Shown: piece after piece, positions 26,038-32,000 of the stretch
Layout: each line of letters begins with the position of its first letter
Position numbering within the stretch: position 1 is the first letter of the stretch
Source: an uncultured bacterium
GTDB lineage: Bacteria > Patescibacteriota > Gracilibacteria > UBA1369 > PNNO01
Assembly (NCBI GenBank): GCA_963704705.1
Contig: OY969931.1
Location: forward strand, 1,230,001-1,262,000
Length of the DNA: 32,000 nt
Direction of reading: 5' to 3'
Program-made: the position numbers and the translations under genes
Notes under the pieces: generated by a model
Database searches by the model: none
What the model saw: the letters and a program-made list of their open reading frames with translations, nothing else
Told to the model about the DNA's origin: nothing

Positions 26038-29000
26038 TTATTGTTTTAAATAAGTATTTGAAAGTTTTTTAACGTCTGCATCAAGCCTGGCTTTTGCCTG
26101 CGTATAAGCGGCTCTATCAACACCCAGTTTTTCCGGAAGCTGACTTATTTTATCAAGCCTTCTTAAATCAGAAATATCTTTAATATGCTTTTTGCTCTCA
26201 GGCACAACTTTATGTATGTATTCCAAGAAAGACCTATCCCAATCAAGAGCCATCTGCGCCTTGCCTGTAAGCTGAGCACCGAGCAGTCTTGCCTCATGGT
26301 ATTTCTCAATGGCTTTTCTTAAATTGCCTTCTTCAATTGATTTATCAACCGCCTTATTGGCTTGAGATAAAGCCTCAAGACTTGCAGTTGTTGCACCTGA
26401 TAAATTTATTTCTGTTTGAGGGCTTATTGTTTCTTTAACTTTTCCCGCAACTTGTTTTGCTTTTTCAGCAATATAACCTGCGGTATCTTTTGCTGTTTTA
26501 ACACTCATCCATCCCGGTAAACTTATTGAAGCCAATATTTTATTTGCTGTTGCTTTTGATTTCTCGTAAGCCCTTTCAGCTCCCCGGCTAATTGTTCTGC
26601 CCGCCCTTATTGCAGTGCTCTTGGTAGTGTCATAAGCTTTCCTTAACTTGCTTTTTTCAGGTTCTTTAGCATTTTCGTGTTTCACAAATGATCCTCCAAT
26701 CTTCACGTTCTCGCTCATTCGGGCAAGCATTGAAGCGTGTTCGGCAGTCATTTTTTTCCATTCATTGGTATTAATTGTAATTCGTTCAGGAAGGCCGTTG
26801 ATCGTATCCGGATCAGTTAAATCCAAATTCTTACTAATATAATTTACTGTTGCCGGAGCTACTCTATGCAAATGCCCCAGAAACGACCGATCAAGTGCAG
26901 CAAACGGAACTGGCGGTTTTAAGGAATTCCCATAAATTCTTGCTGATTGATAAAGTTTAACAGCTTCTCGTATCATTCCTTTTTTAAGCAATGAATTAAT
27001 CAGCATTGAAGAATCACTAAATGCTTTCAAATTAACCTGTGCTTCCGCAGTTGAACCGAGCTTAGGTGCGCCTTTTTGGGCCAAAGCATCTTCCAAAGCT
27101 TTCGTAGCTTTTGCTGCATCAGGTTTTGTATATAATTCATAATAATGTTTAATTATTCTTCCTGCATATTTGTACGGCATCCATACTGGCATAGTTACAA
27201 ACTTTCCAACTTCAAAGGCTGCCTGTGCTTTGCTTTTTCCTTTTAAGGTTTGTATGAAATCGCTGACCTTATCTTTTGCTGCAGTTAATATCTGTGTATG
27301 TTTTCCTTTTAAAATTTCTCCATAGCTTAACTGTTTGTATTTTGCACTAAGTGCAAGTTTATCAGCTTTAAGTTGTTCGATTTTTGAACGTCCATGGGCG
27401 ATCAACTTTGTTCTTGCCGGATCCATCTTTTTTATTCTTGCCTCTAATTTGGCTATCTTATCGTTATACTCAATAATCCTTTGTTCAATTTGTCCTTTTA
27501 ACTCATAGATTCCGCGCAAGGTTGAAGGCTGTTGCTCTAATAATTCAACATGAGCTCTTCTAAAATTAAGAGTTTGTTCAAGTGCTTCAGCTTTTACACG
27601 TCCGTTCAGATATCTTCCCAAACTGTTTCTAAGTGTTTCCAGGTGAGTTCTCGCAAACAATCCTGTCCCTGGTTTGTACATCAATTCACCCAATCCCTGA
27701 TGTAAAATACCAAGTTCTTCTGAAGATAAATTTATTAATTCATCTCTATTTTTTAATCTTTCAAATAAATTTTTAATATTTGAATTATCAATTATTTCAA
27801 TCATATCCCGAGTTTGATATTTATCTAAACCAGCAGTTTTAAAAACTTTCTCCCTCAATCTTTCAAGCTTTGAAAATTCTGCAGGATTTGCTACTGACCT
27901 GCCTGTTCCAACTATTCTTGATAATTTTGTTTCATATACATATTGCAAACCTTTTCCTCTAACAATCCCCCTCAAAACATCAACACCAAATTTACCTACA
28001 CGATAAACGGGTGAAATTGGAAGCCACACAATAGCTCCCGTTTTTCCTATAACCCCTTTTGGAAATTTTGAAAAATAAGCTTCTGACATTTCAGATAATC
28101 TTCCAGCAGCTCTTCCAGGTGCCGCTGCAAATTTTCTGCCAACTTCTCCAACAAAACCTTTTGTATAAGCAAATGCTCTGGCAAATTTACTCACTTTTCC
28201 TGAAAGTGCTGCCGCCTCTGCTGCTTTTGATCCTGCAGTAGCAGCTGACGAAGAACCTGCAGTTAATACCAATAAAACTATATCAGCCGTAGTCTTGCCA
28301 GCCCATATACCATATTGGCCTTTTTCCAAATGATGATAATTAATTACACCTTTAAGCGCTTCTTTAGTATATTTCCAGTCGGTCGCCATAAGTTCAATCG
28401 AATCCAAAACTTTTGGTGTTTCAAAAATAATCGCGTTCGCACCTCTTATAACCCCGGTTACCATTCCAAAAGCACCGGCAGTAAAATTAAAAGTTCCGGC
28501 TGTACTTTTCCAAAAACCAGATGAATTTTTTGAAAGATATTGTTTAAACGCACCTTTATTGAGCCATTTATCATATTCTCCTGTCGCATATTCAATTAAT
28601 CCCGGTAAATTCCACTTTTCAGTATCTTTCCATTTAACATCGCTTCCAAAAAGCTTTGCCCCAAGATACCCAACTGCATACCCAATTGTTCGCGGAGCAT
28701 ATTTAAACGGCAATTCAATTGCTGCCCCATAAACTCCCCACTTACCAATACCAACAGTATTGTATAAACTTGAACCAAATCCCGGAGGACGCACTTGTGT
28801 CTTTTTAAGGCCAGCCATCTGCTTACCCAAAGCATCAACGGTTTTGTCATTGTTTGCATTCATTTTATCGAGATTCTTCCCGAGGTTATCCTTAAACTCA
28901 TCAACAGCCGCATATGCAAACTCCATACCTTCAAGCGATTTGTGAAGTTCAAATCTTGTATTTTTTAAAACATCTATTTTTCTTCCTTCACTTGTAATTT

Positions 29001-30426
29001 GTAGATTCAATTTCGAAATCTGTTCAATCGAAGCGGTCTGTGCAATATAAGTGTCAGCTTTTAATATATCGAGTTTTTGATTTTTTTTATCAGTATCTGT
29101 TAGCTGCGCCTTAGTGTTTTCTTTCGCAGTATTAATTTTTTCTCGAGACTGCGTTAAAGGCAGCAATACATTTTCCCGCATATGCCTTACGCGCGGATCA
29201 TTTGTACCATAATAAGTTTCAAGCTGTTTGATTCGCGCCAAAACACCCTGAATTCTTTTATTAAGATTAGTTTCTCCGCCTTCAACAGCCGCGTATTTTT
29301 TCTTTAAATCTTCACTTAATCTGCCTGTGCCCTGTTTTGCTTTATCTATTTCGTCACCCTGATTTCGCGCTTTTTTAAACGATTCCTCCAATGCTTCTTT
29401 TTGTTTTTTTAAAGTTTCCTTAAGCATTTCACGTTCCATTTGTTTTGCCTTTGTCCAGTCACCGCGGGCAATAAGTTCTTTTAATTTTTCTCTTAAATTC
29501 CCTTTAAAAGTTCCGAGACCTATTTTTAATTCGTTTGATCTGTTTAATAAATTCTTCTGCAAATTCTTAACACGTGCCATATTATTCTCAAAATGCTGTG
29601 CAGCTTTTTTAACCAATTCATTTATTTTATCTTCTTCAGATGGCGGTTTTGGTTTAGGTTTACTAATCTTCTTTCCAACAAAAGGGATCTTTGAACCCAG
29701 CCATCCAAGAACTTCTTTTGCTTTTCCATAATTATTTTTTGCACTTCTCCATCCCCAATCAGCAATTCCAGCATAATGTCTCCAGCCAGATTCATATTTC
29801 TTATAATAACCTTGAACCTTTTTCATTGATTCATTGTATTTTTGCTGCATATTTACCGCATGAACAGCAAGCGCTTTCTGACCTGTTAAAATCTTCAGAT
29901 AATATTGCTGAACCTTTTTAAAATCCATTTTATCTTTTGGAAAATTCAAAGATTCATACATGCTTGATTCGATATCAGTAAGCTCATTATCAGATAATTC
30001 TTTTTCAATCAGTCCTTTCAGCCTTTCTTCTTCTTTGTCTTTTTCCTGCTGAGCTTTTGCTGGGCCTTTTTCTGCCACAAATTTTTCTTTTTTTGCTTTA
30101 TAAATCACGCCTCTTATTCCATCCAAAAGTCTTTCCCTTTCCTGTGCGCTTGATTCCTTGGCTTTTTCAATAAATTCATTTGTTTTTTTACCTTCGTATG
30201 AATCCAAAAAATTCATTAACATCGGTTTTTGATACCATTCACTATTTTCTTTAACAAAACTTCTTAAATTTTTTGTATCTTTCAATTTAAGTACATTTTC
30301 CATTCTATAAACCTGATACTGCATTTCTTTTGCGAACAGGTTTTTTGACTCAGGAGCCTCTACGCCCTTTTCAACTGCTCCAACTGCTTGTTCTGCGCCT
30401 TTTTTTAATGCTGTTACCGGAGGCAT
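26038..30426 (-). CDS. Giant (1462 aa) helical protein of unknown family with a duplicated C-terminal domain
   Basis: Intact ORF. Long coiled-coil N-terminal third, several weakly hydrophobic segments, duplicated ~100-aa helical module at the C-terminus. Confidence 0.92.
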   Translation of the reverse strand: MPPVTALKKGAEQAVGAVEKGVEAPESKNLFAKEMQYQVYRMENVLKLKDTKNLRSFVKENSEWYQKPMLMNFLDSYEGKKTNEFIEKAKESSAQERERLLDGIRGVIYKAKKEKFVAEKGPAKAQQEKDKEEERLKGLIEKELSDNELTDIESSMYESLNFPKDKMDFKKVQQYYLKILTGQKALAVHAVNMQQKYNESMKKVQGYYKKYESGWRHYAGIADWGWRSAKNNYGKAKEVLGWLGSKIPFVGKKISKPKPKPPSEEDKINELVKKAAQHFENNMARVKNLQKNLLNRSNELKIGLGTFKGNLREKLKELIARGDWTKAKQMEREMLKETLKKQKEALEESFKKARNQGDEIDKAKQGTGRLSEDLKKKYAAVEGGETNLNKRIQGVLARIKQLETYYGTNDPRVRHMRENVLLPLTQSREKINTAKENTKAQLTDTDKKNQKLDILKADTYIAQTASIEQISKLNLQITSEGRKIDVLKNTRFELHKSLEGMEFAYAAVDEFKDNLGKNLDKMNANNDKTVDALGKQMAGLKKTQVRPPGFGSSLYNTVGIGKWGVYGAAIELPFKYAPRTIGYAVGYLGAKLFGSDVKWKDTEKWNLPGLIEYATGEYDKWLNKGAFKQYLSKNSSGFWKSTAGTFNFTAGAFGMVTGVIRGANAIIFETPKVLDSIELMATDWKYTKEALKGVINYHHLEKGQYGIWAGKTTADIVLLVLTAGSSSAATAGSKAAEAAALSGKVSKFARAFAYTKGFVGEVGRKFAAAPGRAAGRLSEMSEAYFSKFPKGVIGKTGAIVWLPISPVYRVGKFGVDVLRGIVRGKGLQYVYETKLSRIVGTGRSVANPAEFSKLERLREKVFKTAGLDKYQTRDMIEIIDNSNIKNLFERLKNRDELINLSSEELGILHQGLGELMYKPGTGLFARTHLETLRNSLGRYLNGRVKAEALEQTLNFRRAHVELLEQQPSTLRGIYELKGQIEQRIIEYNDKIAKLEARIKKMDPARTKLIAHGRSKIEQLKADKLALSAKYKQLSYGEILKGKHTQILTAAKDKVSDFIQTLKGKSKAQAAFEVGKFVTMPVWMPYKYAGRIIKHYYELYTKPDAAKATKALEDALAQKGAPKLGSTAEAQVNLKAFSDSSMLINSLLKKGMIREAVKLYQSARIYGNSLKPPVPFAALDRSFLGHLHRVAPATVNYISKNLDLTDPDTINGLPERITINTNEWKKMTAEHASMLARMSENVKIGGSFVKHENAKEPEKSKLRKAYDTTKSTAIRAGRTISRGAERAYEKSKATANKILASISLPGWMSVKTAKDTAGYIAEKAKQVAGKVKETISPQTEINLSGATTASLEALSQANKAVDKSIEEGNLRKAIEKYHEARLLGAQLTGKAQMALDWDRSFLEYIHKVVPESKKHIKDISDLRRLDKISQLPEKLGVDRAAYTQAKARLDADVKKLSNTYLKQ
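26041..26400 (-). repeat. C-terminal helical module, copy B, of the 1462-aa protein
   Basis: SGATTASLEALSQANKAVDKSIEEGNLRKAIEKYHEARLLGAQLTGKAQMALDWDRSFLEYIHKVVPESKKHIKDISDLRRLDKISQLPEKL...; aligns by eye with copy A. Confidence 0.75.
26733..27051 (-). repeat. C-terminal helical module, copy A, of the 1462-aa protein
   Basis: TAEAQVNLKAFSDSSMLINSLLKKGMIREAVKLYQSARIYGNSLKPPVPFAALDRSFLGHLHRVAPATVNYISKNLDLTDPDTINGLPERI...; shares G-x-x-R-x-A-x-x-x-Y-x-x-AR-x-x-G, DRSFL, H-x-V-x-P and LPE with copy B. Confidence 0.75.
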
Positions 30427-30428
30427 TT

Positions 30429-30737
30429 TTATTTTTGATTAACAGATATTTTTAAAACATCTCTCTCATCTTTGAAGACTGTTTTAAGAGCGTGCATTTG
30501 ATATTCATCCAAATCTTTCATTACATCCGGAAACTGAGCGGACAAATCATTAAGTATATTGTCGGTTCGTCTTTTTGAACCCAAAAGAAGCTGGAATAAT
30601 TCAGTTAGTTCCTGCTTGTTCAAAAGCGGCATTAACTCAGAAATATCCCGCTTTTCTTCCAAAGATAAAAGCAAAGAATTATCAAGAAGTAATTTCACAA
30701 CTTCGCGAAGCGCTTTTTCAGTATCTGTATTTTCCAT
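30429..30737 (-). CDS. Small helical hypothetical protein, first gene of the large-protein operon
   Basis: 102 aa (MENTDTEKALREVVKLLLDNSLLLSLEEKRDISELMPLLNKQELTELFQLLLGSKRRTDNILNDLSAQF...), two bases from the next gene. Confidence 0.8.
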   Translation of the reverse strand: MENTDTEKALREVVKLLLDNSLLLSLEEKRDISELMPLLNKQELTELFQLLLGSKRRTDNILNDLSAQFPDVMKDLDEYQMHALKTVFKDERDVLKISVNQK

Positions 30738-30774
30738 TTTTTTTGTATTTGTTATTTTTGATTTTTATTAATTT

Positions 30775-30803
30775 ATTATACCAAAAAATCGCCTTTTTCT
30801 CAA
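30775..30803 (-). promoter_or_regulatory. Near-consensus promoter for the large-protein operon (TTGAGA N17 TATAAA)
   Basis: Minus strand: TTGAGA (30798-30803), 17-nt spacer, TATAAA (30775-30780), ATG at 30737. Confidence 0.65.
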
Positions 30804-30806
30804 GCC

Positions 30807-31679
30807 CTAAGTGAAGGCATGCTTGTATCTCCTGAATTTTTTATCGATCAACAAGTCGCCCTGATGCTCGAGTTCATGGTGGCCTTTGCACAATGCTTTT
30901 AAGTCATCATGCTTTTTAAATATAGCCCATGGTTTTGTATGATGAATTTCTTCAGCCGGTTTATTGCAGCCCGGAACTTCGCAAATTTTTGGCATTTCTC
31001 TCTTTTGTTTGGCTGACGCATTTCGTGATTTGTTCAGCCGTTGTTTATACTCGCGTATTGGTGCTTCAGATAATAATTTATCTGCAACCATTCTAATAAC
31101 TTCATCCCAGCCCAAGGCTTCACCCTTTTCTTTTTCAAATTTCTGCTTAATGAGTCTTAATTTAATTATTGTTTTCGGATCCAAATCCATTCCAAACCTT
31201 TCACGATTTGACATATATCGATTTTGCGTTTTCAGGTCCTGCTCCTCCGACTCCATGTTTTGCTCATCAAATAAAGAAAAATTGGCATTTTGATCCTGCT
31301 CCGTCCCGGGACGGATATCTTTAATATAAGTCGAAAGTGCATTTCTTGTCATTGTTTTCGCTTTATTGGCCCAAAATGAATCGGTTTCTTTTTTGGCAAC
31401 ATTTTCAACAACCCTGAGTTTGCTTAAACCAACTTCAGAAATTAAAGCTTTTAATTTCGGCATCTCTTTAAATTTCTCATCGAACCGAATAACTTCATCA
31501 ACAACATTATGGCTAACACCTGCCATTTTTGCCGCAAATTCATAAATCGAACAATAACCGCGCTTTTTATACAATCGTCTTCGGTATACTTCCGGAAGCA
31601 AAGCAACAAATTTATTTTTCCATTTACGCGCCTTGCGGCCATATTCCTGACAAAGTTTATATAGTTCTTTATCCGTCAT
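30807..31679 (-). CDS. HNH endonuclease domain protein
   Basis: 290 aa; C-terminal ICEVPGCNKPAEEIHHTKPWAIFKKHDDLKALCKGHHELEHQG has the zinc Cys pairs and HH/H of the HNH fold. Confidence 0.85.
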   Translation of the reverse strand: MTDKELYKLCQEYGRKARKWKNKFVALLPEVYRRRLYKKRGYCSIYEFAAKMAGVSHNVVDEVIRFDEKFKEMPKLKALISEVGLSKLRVVENVAKKETDSFWANKAKTMTRNALSTYIKDIRPGTEQDQNANFSLFDEQNMESEEQDLKTQNRYMSNRERFGMDLDPKTIIKLRLIKQKFEKEKGEALGWDEVIRMVADKLLSEAPIREYKQRLNKSRNASAKQKREMPKICEVPGCNKPAEEIHHTKPWAIFKKHDDLKALCKGHHELEHQGDLLIDKKFRRYKHAFT

Positions 31680-31793
31680 GTTTATTTTGTTAAATTTATG
31701 TTTGAATTATATCAAAAAAGCCAATTGATTTCATGTATTTCAGCTGGACTTTTTAGGATAAATGGTGTGCAGATACTCACCTAAAATTTATCG

Positions 31794-32000
31794 CTAAATT
31801 TTATCAATAACCTGAGCAATTATATATGCTGCCTCACCTCTGCCGATTTCTTCTTCAGCAACAAAAGTCGAGCCGTTATATAATCCGTTGCTAACCGCCC
31901 AATCCATATAAGGCTTATACCACTCCTGGCCAGGCTTAACAGTTGGCAAACTAATTCCCGCGCTTTCCAAAGCCATTTTTATTGCTTCGACACGATTGAC
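31794..32000 (-). CDS. C-terminus of a protein with an S-layer homology (SLH) domain, extending beyond the right edge
   Basis: Open reading frame through the edge: VNRVEAIKMALESAGISLPTVKPGQEWYKPYMDWAVSNGLYNGSTFVAEEEIGRGEAAYIIAQVIDKI, SLH-like pattern (R-x-E-A...W..PY..WA...G......F.....I.R.EAA). Confidence 0.82.
   Translation of the reverse strand, partial: VNRVEAIKMALESAGISLPTVKPGQEWYKPYMDWAVSNGLYNGSTFVAEEEIGRGEAAYIIAQVIDKI

Noticed and set aside
20796-30000. Numerous small ORFs opposite or out of frame within the three large genes (e.g. 20796..21110, 25216..25590, 28596..28859)
   Set aside because: Ser/Phe/Leu-rich complements of Lys/Glu/Ala-rich coding sequence; no start context or family match.
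30807-31679. HNH gene as a homing endonuclease or restriction/defence component
   Set aside because: No intron/intein, methyltransferase or specificity subunit nearby; a generic HNH call is all the sequence supports.
1-32000. Alternative genetic code (UGA as Gly or Trp)
   Set aside because: Long ORFs have no in-frame TGA, and TGA is used as the stop of the PTPS gene (16566-16568) and the class IV aminotransferase gene (18519-18521, in an ATGA overlap).
1-32000. CRISPR array, tRNA, rRNA or transposon
   Set aside because: No regularly spaced direct repeats, tRNA-like cloverleaf, rRNA-like sequence or transposase ORF was seen. Not a substitute for a covariance-model search.

Overview
This 32 kb AT-rich bacterial chromosomal window is almost fully coding. 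Gene content and style suggest a Patescibacteria/CPR-like genome (inference only). The genetic code appears to be standard: TGA is used as a real stop in the PTPS-like and class IV aminotransferase genes. Recognisable genes are: 5'-truncated-by-window uvrB; a polysaccharide deacetylase fused to a DUF4015-like glycosidase domain; an AbrB-type/RelE-type toxin-antitoxin-like pair; rpe, rpiB and prs; split transketolase halves about 7 kb apart; a ~1.9k-aa surface protein (beta-solenoid, Pro/Glu linker, thrombospondin type-3 Ca-binding repeats, C-terminal TM); a six-gene run PTPS/CYTH/folK/tktN/lepB/DUF192; pabC-like, folP and ndk; an HNH endonuclease; and the start of an SLH-domain protein cut by the right edge. 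The main candidate for an undescribed system is a five-gene ~11 kb unit (19933..30737, minus strand) encoding 102-, 1462-, 660-, 1282- and 74-aa proteins of no recognised family. It has a well-formed promoter immediately upstream and an intrinsic terminator immediately downstream. Second is a PTPS-family protein with a Cys-Glu-x2-HGH motif next to folK and near folP, with no folB in the window, which fits the known PTPS bypass of dihydroneopterin aldolase. No CRISPR array, rRNA, tRNA or recognisable transposon was found.
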